Shown here: positions 1 to 9,821 of the stretch, one piece after another
Layout: each line of letters opens with the position of its first letter
How positions within the stretch are numbered: position 1 is the stretch's first letter
Assembly: GCA_026066175.1 (NCBI GenBank)
Contig: GCA_026066175.1_4721.1
Length of the DNA: 64,000 nt
Source: a phage
Reading direction: 5' to 3' (one strand)
The notes under the pieces: model-generated
Seen by the model: only the letters and a program-made list of their open reading frames with translations
Told to the model about the DNA's origin: nothing
Database searches by the model: none
Translations under genes and position numbers: made by a program

Positions 1-559
1 AGAACTGATAGAAACTGTGGCATGCAGGAAGCGCCATATCGTCTAAATTGCCTACGTTCCATGCGCTAACGATAATCCGTCGAGAATCAGGATCTTCTTT
101 GAGTTGACGCATCACGTTTGCAATTTGGTCATGGTGTTTAACATACAAGAGATGTTTAACCATACCGTCGTTAACAATACCGCAATACTCATAACCGCGT
201 TGCATCAAAGTACGGGTACGTTCGGTGTCGTGCGGAACAACAACTTTGTAGTCGATCCATTCACGCCATTGTCTACCGTAAATCGGCCCTAGGTTCCCTT
301 CTTTATCAGCCCACTCATTCCAAATACGTACGCCGTTATCCTGAAGATACGCGACGTTCGTATCACCGTTAAGGAACCAGAGTAGTTCGTGAACAACGCT
401 CTTAAGGTGAATCTTCTTGGTGGTGACCAACGGAAACCCTTTCTTTAAGTCAAAATGCATTTGACGTCCGAATACCGAACGTGTGCCGGTACCGGTACGA
501 TCAGCTTTATCGCGACCGCTATCCATGATGTCTTGTAAGAGATCTAAGTACTGTTTCAT
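1..559 (-). CDS. thyA: Thymidylate synthase, N-terminal part; gene runs off the window start
   Basis: Minus-strand translation from ATG at 559..557 reads [31 protein letters not shown]...FPLVTTKK...[12 protein letters not shown]...[14 protein letters not shown]...[11 protein letters not shown], which matches conserved ThyA blocks. About 45 extra residues lie before the DPDSRR block relative to E. coli ThyA as recalled. No stop inside the window. Confidence 0.85.
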   Translation of the reverse strand, partial: MKQYLDLLQDIMDSGRDKADRTGTGTRSVFGRQMHFDLKKGFPLVTTKKIHLKSVVHELLWFLNGDTNVAYLQDNGVRIWNEWADKEGNLGPIYGRQWREWIDYKVVVPHDTERTRTLMQRGYEYCGIVNDGMVKHLLYVKHHDQIANVMRQLKEDPDSRRIIVSAWNVGNLDDMALPACHSFYQF

Positions 560-768
560 TTCAATCCTCTAAACGCTTTAGGTAGTTCCTGAAGTTTGTC
601 ACGATATTTAGAATCGCTTAACGTGTAACAACAACCACGTAACACGTTGTATGCGTAATCAGCTTGTAAACCACGAACCATCGGATCCGACGATAGATTC
701 AATGGTACATCATCAAAAATCCACACTTCAACGTTCTTCTTGTGTTCCTTCGTTAACATCGTTTTCAC
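556..768 (-). CDS. Hypothetical protein (70 aa)
   Basis: ORF on the gene strand; its TGA overlaps the thyA ATG in an ATGA arrangement. Confidence 0.4.
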   Translation of the reverse strand: MKTMLTKEHKKNVEVWIFDDVPLNLSSDPMVRGLQADYAYNVLRGCCYTLSDSKYRDKLQELPKAFRGLK

Positions 769-828
769 CTCACGATAAAGTAAATAGGATTTGTCGAGAC
801 GCCCTATTCTTTTATCGTTGGTTTTCCA

Positions 829-1692
829 TTAGTAATAATATCTGATACGTTCGGGTTTTGCTAAAACACTCTGTTCGAATGGCCTTACATGTACGCAAAC
901 ATCGACAGAATAATAGATACTACCATCGCCACACCATCGCATTACCACACATCCCTTTCTTGTACGAATATGGTAAAACGTCCACTGTGTTTGCCAGTTA
1001 TCGTCTGTGGATTCTTCCGTTCTTTCTTCCGCATCAAGAATCTTTTCACCGACAATATCGCTTAAATCACCATCGATATCGCTGAGATATACCGTCTCGC
1101 AACACTCACGGCTGTGGTACATTTCTACCACGTTATCGTCTTCGCGATGAAAAAGGATAGCTTTACAGTATTCCAGCTGTTCCTCGGTTATTTCTGACGC
1201 GTTAAGTAATTCGTCGTTATCAGTCACCATCCAGATATTTTTGATTACATGCCCGTCGAGCTCCTCCATTGTAAATACCTCGATATTCGGACGAACGGGT
1301 TCAGGTTGAACAATCGGAATACGAACACAACCAATTAAGGCCATCCGTCCTTTCTTTGGTCTAACCGCAAGGTAAGGTGATTTTCTTGGGTGGTTATGCA
1401 GACGTATTTCTAATTCGTCGAATTTAATCCCGTATATACCTAAGAAACGATCGAACAACCGATGAAACTCATCTGTTGCTTCTTCCAACGTTATGGCGTC
1501 TACCGTGAGTTTATGTCCCCTGAACACTCTGGTTAAATCGATAACGTCCAGTGTCTTGAAATATATTTCCGTAAGGGGATGATTTGTATTTTCCAGGTAC
1601 GTAATGGTTCTTTGAACCCAGATTTTAGGCGCAGCGCCTTTAAAACGTTTCAGGTATTTAAAGCGATAACGGGTATGATCTGATGTTATCAT
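829..1692 (-). CDS. Hypothetical protein
   Basis: ORF track gives 829..1779, but the N-terminal extension is encoded by the hairpin at 1765..1789. Start trimmed to ATG 1692..1690, preceded by AGAGAGGAGG. Confidence 0.45.
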   Translation of the reverse strand: MITSDHTRYRFKYLKRFKGAAPKIWVQRTITYLENTNHPLTEIYFKTLDVIDLTRVFRGHKLTVDAITLEEATDEFHRLFDRFLGIYGIKFDELEIRLHNHPRKSPYLAVRPKKGRMALIGCVRIPIVQPEPVRPNIEVFTMEELDGHVIKNIWMVTDNDELLNASEITEEQLEYCKAILFHREDDNVVEMYHSRECCETVYLSDIDGDLSDIVGEKILDAEERTEESTDDNWQTQWTFYHIRTRKGCVVMRWCGDGSIYYSVDVCVHVRPFEQSVLAKPERIRYYY

Positions 1693-1764
1693 TTTAGCCT
1701 CCTCTCTTAGCTTCAGAGAATTCTCAAAATCCGTTAGTTTTGATAGACCGAGTAAGACGGCATA

Positions 1765-1789
1765 AAAGCCTCCCTCCATGGGAGGCTTT
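1765..1789. terminator. GC-rich intergenic hairpin (aaagcctccc / gggaggcttt), putative intrinsic terminator
   Basis: Perfect inverted repeat with a 5-nt loop, followed by T-rich sequence, just downstream of the stop of the 1801..2349 gene. Confidence 0.45.
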
Positions 1790-1800
1790 ATTACGATAAT

Positions 1801-2349
1801 TTACATTACGCGGACAGCGAATTCAAGGACGTATACGTCATCGGCGTCCATTGGGTTTGTGGTCGAATAACCAATGAAACAATACCCCATCGCTGAAACG
1901 AAATCTTCGAGTTTATCAATGCTATTTGCGAGAATGCGATCATCGATGCTCAAACGGCATTTACGCGTTATTTTGTTACCGCGCGGTACGGCGGATAACA
2001 AACACATGAAATGCGTGATGCGGTTGTTATGGATAAACTGCGAATAGACATCAGAAGGATTGAGACTCCCCATAACGTCCTGAATGTGTGCACGACGTCC
2101 AGGTGATACATATTCCGAGTATGCGAATGTCGCTACCGTACGACGATCTTCAGTGAAATACGTATTACCTTCAGGGTGGTAGCTCTCCACGGTTCCATCT
2201 TCGCGGGCGACGGTTACGATAGGTGCACCGTATTCGTCACGGCTGAAATCAACTTTGCATTTATCCGTGAGTGGTAGTATCGTGCACGGCTTCGCGGTGT
2301 TCTCATCCGGGAGATCATAACCACTCATCATTTTCAAGAACATAGACAT
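1801..2349 (-). CDS. Hypothetical protein, paralog of 2436..2975
   Basis: ATG with GAGGT Shine-Dalgarno. Shares the MS(M/V)(F/I)(L/V)KMM N-terminus, a KP(C/F)T(I/L) block and TVAT(F/Y)AYS with the neighbouring ORF. Confidence 0.5.
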   Translation of the reverse strand: MSMFLKMMSGYDLPDENTAKPCTILPLTDKCKVDFSRDEYGAPIVTVAREDGTVESYHPEGNTYFTEDRRTVATFAYSEYVSPGRRAHIQDVMGSLNPSDVYSQFIHNNRITHFMCLLSAVPRGNKITRKCRLSIDDRILANSIDKLEDFVSAMGYCFIGYSTTNPMDADDVYVLEFAVRVM

Positions 2350-2401
2350 AATAGAACCTCATGGTAATAGAAGATAGAGTTAATAGATACTACAACAGAT
2401 T

Positions 2402-2425
2402 GAGGGGGTATTATCCCACCCCCTC
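2402..2425. terminator. GC-rich hairpin (gagggggt / accccctc)
   Basis: Inverted repeat in the intergenic gap between the two paralogous genes. Confidence 0.4.
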
Positions 2426-2435
2426 GCAGGGATTA

Positions 2436-2975
2436 TTACTTCTTATAAGGCGTGACTCTAAAGACACCCTCATTCTGATCATAAACAACCACGAACTGTC
2501 CGGCGAATAGATGACGGAGTAATGAGTCGATATTGTTTATAAATTGACTGTCATTTATCTGTACAAAATCGATTACGCGATCTCGCTTCAAACTACGATC
2601 GATTAAGCGTATTTCAAGCAACGCCATGATAAGTTTATCGTTAAGATATCCGCCTGCCTCCAAGGCTTTTCCATAACTGACGTTTTTGATATCAGCACGC
2701 ATACGCTCGACGTCTACCATGGGGAAACCGCAAGAATACGCATATGTTGCGACAGTGTTACCGTTATCCATCACGTAGACGTTACCGCCGGGATAATCGA
2801 TAAAACGTTGGGTTTTGTCACCATGAACAGCGATTTCTAACGTCGGTTTACCCATCGAATTGCGGTTGAATTCGATGGTCGTCAAGCGATCCGGCACCAC
2901 ATGCAGTGTAAACGGTTTCGAGTTGTTTTGATCGCTGGTATCGCAGTTGCCCATCATTTTTACAATAACACTCAT
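2436..2975 (-). CDS. Hypothetical protein, paralog of 1801..2349
   Basis: ATG at 2975 preceded by TAAGGAG; shared sequence blocks with the 1801..2349 product. Confidence 0.5.
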   Translation of the reverse strand: MSVIVKMMGNCDTSDQNNSKPFTLHVVPDRLTTIEFNRNSMGKPTLEIAVHGDKTQRFIDYPGGNVYVMDNGNTVATYAYSCGFPMVDVERMRADIKNVSYGKALEAGGYLNDKLIMALLEIRLIDRSLKRDRVIDFVQINDSQFINNIDSLLRHLFAGQFVVVYDQNEGVFRVTPYKK

Positions 2976-3050
2976 GTTTAACTCCTTAGTAGTCCTAGTA
3001 GTAGTTAATGAGGGAGTTCACCTCATCAGATAACCTATACTGGTAAGATC

Positions 3051-3362
3051 TTACCGAAACGTTACGTGAAATGAAACAATGTAACCTTCTGGTTTGTCAG
3101 CCTTATATCGAGTACAGAAATAACCAAACTTCGTTAGGAATTCACACAACGCATCGGCCTGATATAACGGTATACGGTCGTCATCGAGTAACGAGCATTG
3201 ATGTGTAATCTTCTCCGAAGGATCGACACGACACAAATAAAGAAGGAATCCTACTATAGCCTGATTACTCGTAAAGTTGTCGAACTCGTCTTTGGCTTTA
3301 AACTCTTTAATGGACGTTAGCGTTTTCGTCAATCGCTCACGATCAAGCATGTTAACCTCCAT
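3051..3362 (-). CDS. Hypothetical protein (103 aa)
   Basis: ORF on the gene strand, flanked by hairpins. Confidence 0.4.
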   Translation of the reverse strand: MEVNMLDRERLTKTLTSIKEFKAKDEFDNFTSNQAIVGFLLYLCRVDPSEKITHQCSLLDDDRIPLYQADALCEFLTKFGYFCTRYKADKPEGYIVSFHVTFR

Positions 3363-3372
3363 ACAAACATAA

Positions 3373-3404
3373 CCCTCCTCCTTCCCTTACGGGTTGGAGG
3401 AGGG
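3373..3404. terminator. GC-rich hairpin (ccctcctcc / ggaggaggg)
   Basis: Inverted repeat between 3415..3729 and 3051..3362. Confidence 0.45.
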
Positions 3405-3414
3405 GATTATGCTG

Positions 3415-3729
3415 TTATTCTGTTTTAGGTGACGAACCGTTCTTCTTGAAGTCGGATTCGTATTTCACATTAGAATCGAGAACCTCACGAACGGTTTTAT
3501 CTGTACAACCGCGGGCGATATACGCGTTCAAATCGTCACGCAATTTACGCATCGTTGTTTTATCCACATCAGAAACATCTGACTTGGTAAGACGGAATGC
3601 AATCGCATCACGAATTTTATTCAACGTTGCTGGATTATTACGCTGCTCTGCAAATACCGCTTTGATGAAGGTACCGCTGTCTTTCGAAGCAACGGCAGCA
3701 TCAAGAATCTCAATATGCTTTTCAGACAT
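3415..3729 (-). CDS. Hypothetical protein (104 aa)
   Basis: ORF on the gene strand. Confidence 0.4.
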   Translation of the reverse strand: MSEKHIEILDAAVASKDSGTFIKAVFAEQRNNPATLNKIRDAIAFRLTKSDVSDVDKTTMRKLRDDLNAYIARGCTDKTVREVLDSNVKYESDFKKNGSSPKTE

Positions 3730-3780
3730 TTTCTTTCCTTTAATAAACGATCATCGTCATATTCATTGCGCAGGATACCG

Positions 3781-5094
3781 TCACTTAGACACCGCCATGC
3801 TTCGCGCTAACGCAACGTCGTACGCATCCATGATTGCGTCGCCGATAGCAGTATGACGAATCAACGGAATACCTACGTCTGGATACTCTTTGGTACCCAT
3901 GATCGATACCGGTTTGTCCTGATAGGCTGCGATCATCGAACGAATGTCCTGAACCTGGTTGTATCGGCAGATGGGTTTAAAGCCTGCTTTACGGAACCAA
4001 TACTCTAATTGAGGCCAATCGGTTTCACCGCGGGCAAGATAATAGAAGGTATCTTTACCGTAGTATTCTGTCATTTTGTCACGAATATTGTTAACGAACG
4101 CATTGACTTCAGCAATGGCTTCTTTATAGCCCATTACCTTACCATGCTGGAAACAATAATCACGTGCTTCTTTCGGTGCTTTGGTTTGCCACCACTCTAC
4201 CGTTGATTCGCTGATACGACCACCGTCAGCGATTTGACCGTGCACGTCAGGGAAGACATCAATACGCGGACCGTTAACGATGGATTCTGGATTAGCCAGA
4301 TCGAAGAACACGATACCGATTTCTAACAACACCCCGTTCTTTTCCAGACTAAGGTTCTCAACATCCAAACAGAATGCAGGCTTCTCTACCGCTAATGGCT
4401 CGAATGAATGGTTGCTGGTATCCGACTCAGCTTCGAGTTCGGTGGCGTCCAGATCGGTATCCGCAGGTTTCAGTTCTAATACAGCATTATCAAGCCCGGT
4501 TAACGAAAAATAGTCTTCGAAGAAATCGGGTACCGTCATGCCATGCAAATCGATACCACAATCTTCCATCCATTGTTTAAACTGGCACTCATCGACATCG
4601 ATCGCTAAACGGCATGGTCCGTAACGATTATCCAATGACGCATCAATCCAGAAGAAAGTGCGTATAAGTAAGTAAGGATTATGCTCCGCGATGATTTCTT
4701 GGCTAGCGTGAGCATCATACACCATTACCTGTATTATTTCCTTACGTGTGTTATACGGATCAACCATCAATCGCCGCACGACTTCTCCCAGGTATTCCAG
4801 CGCACGTGTGTACACGGTAGATCCAACTTGTCCGTACGCGCTTATACCCGTCAATAGTTCCTTATAAGACGCGTCTGAAAGCGAAGACGATAGCACACGC
4901 GCCAGCTCGGCATTGTATATACTGCATGATTTCTTCGGGGCGATAGCATCATGTAACGCTTTAATAAACGCTGGTCCATCAATATCAAACAACCATCCTT
5001 GGCGTCGGTGGGCGGTATATCGTAATAACGCACCGATAGCTGCCTGGGGTGGTGTATATTCTTTTTCGTTAATTTCAAACAGTAGTTCGCTCAT
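3781..5094 (-). CDS. Protein with a C-terminal DnaQ-like DEDDh 3'-5' exonuclease domain
   Basis: Motifs LDVENLSL (Exo I, D-x-E) and HTAIGDAIMDAYD (Exo III, H-x-A-x-x-D-A) in the translated ORF. Confidence 0.5.
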   Translation of the reverse strand: MSELLFEINEKEYTPPQAAIGALLRYTAHRRQGWLFDIDGPAFIKALHDAIAPKKSCSIYNAELARVLSSSLSDASYKELLTGISAYGQVGSTVYTRALEYLGEVVRRLMVDPYNTRKEIIQVMVYDAHASQEIIAEHNPYLLIRTFFWIDASLDNRYGPCRLAIDVDECQFKQWMEDCGIDLHGMTVPDFFEDYFSLTGLDNAVLELKPADTDLDATELEAESDTSNHSFEPLAVEKPAFCLDVENLSLEKNGVLLEIGIVFFDLANPESIVNGPRIDVFPDVHGQIADGGRISESTVEWWQTKAPKEARDYCFQHGKVMGYKEAIAEVNAFVNNIRDKMTEYYGKDTFYYLARGETDWPQLEYWFRKAGFKPICRYNQVQDIRSMIAAYQDKPVSIMGTKEYPDVGIPLIRHTAIGDAIMDAYDVALARSMAVSK

Positions 5095-5110
5095 TTTAAC
5101 ACCTTTTTTG

Positions 5111-5446
5111 TTATTCTGGTTTATCTGCTGACAGACCGAGACCCGCCAGTATTACGTAGTCGTACCACGCTTTTACTTTTGCTTTCGCGTCATCTAAACT
5201 GAATTCGGTGACGTAAGGAAATTCGCCGTTGACTTGGAAAGGCAGCTCGCAGGTGTAGCCGGTATGATCCTTCCAACCTTTCCATTCGATAATCAGAAGA
5301 CCAAAAACAGTCTCAGCGGTAACATGATTGTAGCGGCACGCTTCGTTTGGCGGATATTCTTCCGACCAGGTAATCTCCTGCTGTGCTAAAAGCTGTTGTA
5401 CGACCGCTAACGGTTGTTCCTCATTAAGTTCGATACTATCGATCAT
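5111..5446 (-). CDS. Hypothetical protein (111 aa)
   Basis: ORF on the gene strand; 4-nt overlap with the upstream gene. Confidence 0.4.
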   Translation of the reverse strand: MIDSIELNEEQPLAVVQQLLAQQEITWSEEYPPNEACRYNHVTAETVFGLLIIEWKGWKDHTGYTCELPFQVNGEFPYVTEFSLDDAKAKVKAWYDYVILAGLGLSADKPE

Positions 5447-6039
5447 CGGATACCCTCTTTCTCTTTATCGTAATCACTGCAAACATTAACGAATGCCGTA
5501 TTGCTGGATAGCACACTTACCATCTTACGGATTGCATCCAGCGGTTCAAGTTTAGGATCAATTAACGCACCGGTCAACACGCTGATTGCTCGTGCGATCT
5601 CAGCCAAATTAACATTTGGGTCTTTGTCGTCAATAATGAGCAAACTCTTTGCTGACTTCCGGCGACGCTTGACGATCAACAAGAACGTAATCAGGTTCTC
5701 ACGCCACGCATCAGAATCCAGATTACGTATCAGGGTTAATGCCCGACGTTCTTCTGCCCAGGATGGTTTCTCACGGATCACCGGCATGTAAGCTAATTGT
5801 TCGGCAAGTCCTTTCAGACTGACGCGGTTGGTCCCACCAGGATGTTCGCTGATCCTCAACATCTCGGTTAATATACGCACATATGCGGTTGTTGTTGATA
5901 CGCCACGTAGCGGCAAGAACAAATTATGTCCTGGAACACCATCATGGCTCAACGGTGCGATATAAGTCATGAACCAGCGAATATCATCGTCGGTTTGTTC
6001 TCCAACGACGAATGTAAACGCCTCACGTAAAACACTCAC
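5443..6039 (-). CDS. Hypothetical protein (198 aa)
   Basis: ORF on the gene strand. Confidence 0.4.
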   Translation of the reverse strand: MSVLREAFTFVVGEQTDDDIRWFMTYIAPLSHDGVPGHNLFLPLRGVSTTTAYVRILTEMLRISEHPGGTNRVSLKGLAEQLAYMPVIREKPSWAEERRALTLIRNLDSDAWRENLITFLLIVKRRRKSAKSLLIIDDKDPNVNLAEIARAISVLTGALIDPKLEPLDAIRKMVSVLSSNTAFVNVCSDYDKEKEGIR

Positions 6040-6325
6040 GATGAAATCTCCTTAACGCTTCTTGTATACGTAATCTCTTCGGTAGGTACAGACGTTTGTA
6101 CAAATCGATTAACAGATAACGCAACACTGACGCGACCACCAGGTACTCACCCTCGGATTCGGAATAGCGGATCATGTTAATCGGGTAATTCAAATAAGAA
6201 TAAGAAAAGAGATCATCGTTAGTAAGGCGATGATCCTCAAGATACTGACGAAATATGTTTGCTAAGGCATCGTACTCCATTCCGTAGTAACGCAACGACA
6301 CCTGTCTTGCAGACAGTCGTTTCAT
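6023..6325 (-). CDS. Hypothetical protein (100 aa)
   Basis: ORF on the gene strand; start may be internal. Confidence 0.35.
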   Translation of the reverse strand: MKRLSARQVSLRYYGMEYDALANIFRQYLEDHRLTNDDLFSYSYLNYPINMIRYSESEGEYLVVASVLRYLLIDLYKRLYLPKRLRIQEALRRFHRECFT

Positions 6326-7164
6326 GCTGGGTTACCTTTTAGTTTTTCGCGTATCGCTTCAACAACGCTTGAAGGATCAGTAATAATGGCCGCGATAAGA
6401 TAATCGATAGGTATGTCAAGAATGATTTTCTTCAATTGAAAGGTCGTATCTTTACGACGTACACCGTAAAACACACCATCCTTAAACACGACTTCGTATG
6501 AAATTGGGAGCTGGCTAATGATGGTATTGGCGTAATCCCCTAACCACATCGACCCCGCCATCAAGTGCGCACAAATTGCATGACTGATACGCACATCCTT
6601 GTTCTTCTGGCTGACATCTTTGATTTTAGCCATGGCGACCAGAAGTTCACCAACCTTATTCAGCATGTCGTCGTATACCCCGAAGAACTTAATCAACTGC
6701 CGCGTCCCTAACGACATATACGTCTCTCGAGGTAACACACAACACACCTGTGGTAACGTACCGACACCATAGACGCAACTGTGGGGTGATAACGGAAGCA
6801 GGTCAGCAACCGCATTTTTGATGTTGTTGTAAGCCGTGATATCGTTGAAGGGTGAAAGGCCTTTTGTCATTGGCTTATCGATCGCTACATCGAACTCGGC
6901 AAACGTCCATGCGGCTTTACGAAGTTGCCCCTTTTGGTAGGGCGGGGCCAATACCGCAACAACACGAAGACGGTACTCATGGGTATCACGCAATGTGAGT
7001 TGAATGCCTTCATCATCCCCTTTACGTACAAGCAGATAACGACTTGCGCATCCATCACACACCACCGTGGGTTCATGTTGACCGTACGCGGCGAGGATCG
7101 GTTTACTAAGATCTTTATCGCAGTGTTTACAATGATGATCTTGTTCCTGATAACAGATTTTCAC
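6322..7164 (-). CDS. Hypothetical protein with N-terminal Cys-rich (zinc-ribbon-like) segment
   Basis: HHCKHC ... CDGC spacing near the N-terminus. Confidence 0.4.
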   Translation of the reverse strand: MKICYQEQDHHCKHCDKDLSKPILAAYGQHEPTVVCDGCASRYLLVRKGDDEGIQLTLRDTHEYRLRVVAVLAPPYQKGQLRKAAWTFAEFDVAIDKPMTKGLSPFNDITAYNNIKNAVADLLPLSPHSCVYGVGTLPQVCCVLPRETYMSLGTRQLIKFFGVYDDMLNKVGELLVAMAKIKDVSQKNKDVRISHAICAHLMAGSMWLGDYANTIISQLPISYEVVFKDGVFYGVRRKDTTFQLKKIILDIPIDYLIAAIITDPSSVVEAIREKLKGNPA

Positions 7165-7178
7165 GATTAACCCCTCTG

Positions 7179-8135
7179 TTAATGTAAAACGCGATTTGCC
7201 GGAGCTACAACGGCGTTATCCATAGACAGATTCGTTGCTTTACGATCAGGACTGAATCGACGCGCATTTTCTTCGTGATGGTTAGCAGGGTTATCTTGTC
7301 CCATCAGTTCCTCTGCCTCACTGAACGAGAGTTCTCGAAAGCCTTTCGGATACAAGAACAACGGCTCATCAACATCCAACCCTTCGACAAATCCATGCGA
7401 TAACCAGACACTACCATCTACACTGTAAAGAATCGGTTCGATATCATAATCCAGAACGTACTGATACCAGTAGTTAAACAACTGGGCAATCCAACGGTTA
7501 CGCAGTAAGTAATCAATGACAATCGCGCTACGTACGCTGTGACACCAGCCGATTTTACCGTCAACTCTCTGCAGCAAGGTGCCGTCATTTGCTTGCCGGA
7601 TAACCGCATTAAACAGCCACACGAGATCGGTTGCGAAACTTGCCGCGTCTCGGATGTCGGGGATGTAACGCATGGGTATCGTCAGATGAGAACGGTATTT
7701 AGCCAATGCTTCTTCACCGTTGTCCCCTTCAACACAGAGAATACCATTCGCCGATAGATGACCTTGATTCAACGACTGGGCGATGTAAAGCTCGCCAATC
7801 TCGTTAACATGTTCGACTGTCCCTAGGGTTAACTCGGACATAAAACGGTCGAGATCAATAGGCATCGTCGTGCTCGCAATAAACGGATTCATAGGTCGGT
7901 TTTTATCCGAGAAAACGATCGACCAAACAGCTGCACATTTCTCATCGGTTGGCACAAACGAAACATGCCATTCCTTACGTTTATTCACCACGGACACTTT
8001 CGATGCTTTCCAGCAATGCGTACAAACATAACCGGTGTCTTGTAATGGCGTATCCGAAAACACATCGTAACGAATCGATGCAATTGCGATATCATGCCCG
8101 CAGTGAGGGCAGGTGGTATCAATAAGCGTTTTCAT
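7179..8135 (-). CDS. Hypothetical protein with N-terminal CxxC...CxxC zinc-ribbon-like segment
   Basis: Start trimmed from 8198 to ATG 8135..8133, preceded by AAGGA; CPHCGH ... CTHC. Confidence 0.4.
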   Translation of the reverse strand: MKTLIDTTCPHCGHDIAIASIRYDVFSDTPLQDTGYVCTHCWKASKVSVVNKRKEWHVSFVPTDEKCAAVWSIVFSDKNRPMNPFIASTTMPIDLDRFMSELTLGTVEHVNEIGELYIAQSLNQGHLSANGILCVEGDNGEEALAKYRSHLTIPMRYIPDIRDAASFATDLVWLFNAVIRQANDGTLLQRVDGKIGWCHSVRSAIVIDYLLRNRWIAQLFNYWYQYVLDYDIEPILYSVDGSVWLSHGFVEGLDVDEPLFLYPKGFRELSFSEAEELMGQDNPANHHEENARRFSPDRKATNLSMDNAVVAPANRVLH

Positions 8136-8139
8136 TTTG

Positions 8140-8400
8140 TTAAATTCCTTTTGATAAAAATACGTGGATGTCTGTAAGCTGTTCTTCGGGGATATCATCA
8201 GCTGCTGTTAGAACCTTGGGACCATGTTCGTTGAGGTAGGCTTCCCGCTGAAGCTGATGGAATCGATTGGCTTCTTGGAACTCGGTGTCCGTCATGTAAA
8301 CCAACTTGTACTTCGAACGTTTATTCGGATTATATCTCTTATTACGTTTCTTTGGTTTCTTCGCCATAATAGCCTCGTGAAGGTGGATGGCGCGTACCAT
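8140..8400 (-). CDS. Hypothetical small basic protein
   Basis: K/R-rich N-terminus (AKKPKKRNKRYNPNKRSK); start uncertain. Confidence 0.3.
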   Translation of the reverse strand: MVRAIHLHEAIMAKKPKKRNKRYNPNKRSKYKLVYMTDTEFQEANRFHQLQREAYLNEHGPKVLTAADDIPEEQLTDIHVFLSKGI

Positions 8401-8415
8401 CCACCTTCCTCCATG

Positions 8416-8946
8416 TTAAAGTGCGTTCAATTCTTCAGGTGTACGTACGGTACGGGTGTTAGGATCAACCATTGCCGGTGTGCCAGCAGGACATTTGCGA
8501 ACATCGATCCGCATCTCAGGTTCGATCGGACGAATACGGTATGTTTTACCGTCATCGGTTAATACCGAAATCGTCAACGCCTGGTTCAGTTCATTAACGA
8601 AGTTCACCAAACGTTGTTGACCTCCTTTCGCCCAGAAGTTAAGATCGGTTTCTCCATTGAAATAGCTGATCCCTTCAGCGGTGCCAATCGTGATCTTAAC
8701 GATGCCAGGATAATCACGAAGAAGAGGTGCTTGATAACCTTCGTCCTCTGTATCCAGTTTTACCCACGCACCACCTGTGGACAAGCAATTAACTTCTAAC
8801 GCGGTTGGTGCACTAACCTCCGCTGATGACCAGGTATACATGGTACCTAGTTTTGCGTGTCCGGTTTCCAGTTCGCTGTAATCCCAAGCCTGTGCTGACG
8901 CGGTAATAAAGAAAGCAGCAAGAAACAACTTTTTCATTCTTTTCAA
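8416..8946 (-). CDS. Putative secreted protein with N-terminal signal peptide
   Basis: N-terminus MKRMKKLFLAAFFITASAQA has a basic n-region, a hydrophobic core and an AxA-type cleavage site. Confidence 0.5.
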   Translation of the reverse strand: MKRMKKLFLAAFFITASAQAWDYSELETGHAKLGTMYTWSSAEVSAPTALEVNCLSTGGAWVKLDTEDEGYQAPLLRDYPGIVKITIGTAEGISYFNGETDLNFWAKGGQQRLVNFVNELNQALTISVLTDDGKTYRIRPIEPEMRIDVRKCPAGTPAMVDPNTRTVRTPEELNAL

Positions 8947-8991
8947 TTCCTATTAGAGTGACCGATTATAGTGGTCGAGATTGCTAATAAC

Positions 8992-9426
8992 TTAATTCTG
9001 GTATTGTTTTCGTAATGCGCGATTACGTTTGCGTTCTTGGTTTTTAACGGTACCAAGAAACAGCTTCAATTCTGACGGTTTAAGCGTACCCTCACGTACC
9101 GCACCGTTTTGTTCGATGTGGTACGTCCAATGATCAACTTCCGCGGTTAAGACTAACGTGGTAGGTTGTTCGTCAGGTAGCGCACGCGGCGAGAAAATAA
9201 ACAACAACTCAAAAGGCGTTTCTCGGCTAATAACAGGACGGATGCTCACATCGAGACCCTCCCATCGCTGGGGTTTAAGCATACCGCCAGCAGCACTGAT
9301 CGTTTCCGAACGTTGATCTACAAACTCAGCGAGTTCCCGATCGTCATTAAAGTAGATCTCATGCAAGATATCCGTGTCGATATAAAACCCGCGTTTAAAA
9401 TCGTGACGAACAATTGAATTCTTCAT
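8992..9426 (-). CDS. Hypothetical protein (144 aa)
   Basis: ORF on the gene strand. Confidence 0.4.
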   Translation of the reverse strand: MKNSIVRHDFKRGFYIDTDILHEIYFNDDRELAEFVDQRSETISAAGGMLKPQRWEGLDVSIRPVISRETPFELLFIFSPRALPDEQPTTLVLTAEVDHWTYHIEQNGAVREGTLKPSELKLFLGTVKNQERKRNRALRKQYQN

Positions 9427-9478
9427 TTTAACGCCTTTTGTTGTTTGCTATCATGTCCTATACGAACATGAAAAATCG

Positions 9479-9754
9479 TTAATCTTTACCGTTGAACGTA
9501 ACGCCACGGCCGGTTACCGACGAAGGAACCTTGAGATAATAGAAGTAAATGTAATTGTCGCGATGGCTAAAATGGTTTTTGCAAGCATAGTACTCTCCAG
9601 CTCCAATGAATGATTTAATACGTGTAATTTGAGGGTGTCGTGCAAGCAACGCACGTATCACGATTTCCATCTGATGGTCATTCAAACCCGGTCGTGCGTC
9701 GACGTGGAAATGAAGGTCCTTGAGGAACCGTTTCCAGGGATCAGGCTTTGACAT
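9479..9754 (-). CDS. Hypothetical protein
   Basis: Start trimmed to ATG 9754..9752, preceded by AAAGGAGGTG. Confidence 0.4.
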   Translation of the reverse strand: MSKPDPWKRFLKDLHFHVDARPGLNDHQMEIVIRALLARHPQITRIKSFIGAGEYYACKNHFSHRDNYIYFYYLKVPSSVTGRGVTFNGKD

Positions 9755-9794
9755 CGTCACCTCCTTTAATAAGTAGCAGGAATGCGGCATAGAA

Positions 9795-9812
9795 CCCTCC
9801 CCGGAGGGAGGG
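9795..9812. terminator. GC-rich hairpin (ccctccc / gggaggg)
   Basis: Inverted repeat in the intergenic gap. Confidence 0.4.
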
Positions 9813-9821
9813 TATGTAATG

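Noticed and set aside
104-292. 62-aa plus-strand ORF
   Set aside because: It lies entirely antisense to the well-supported thyA coding sequence.
2976-3050. tagtag repeats and a gtaagatcttac palindrome in the intergenic region
   Set aside because: Too short and isolated to call a repeat element or operator.
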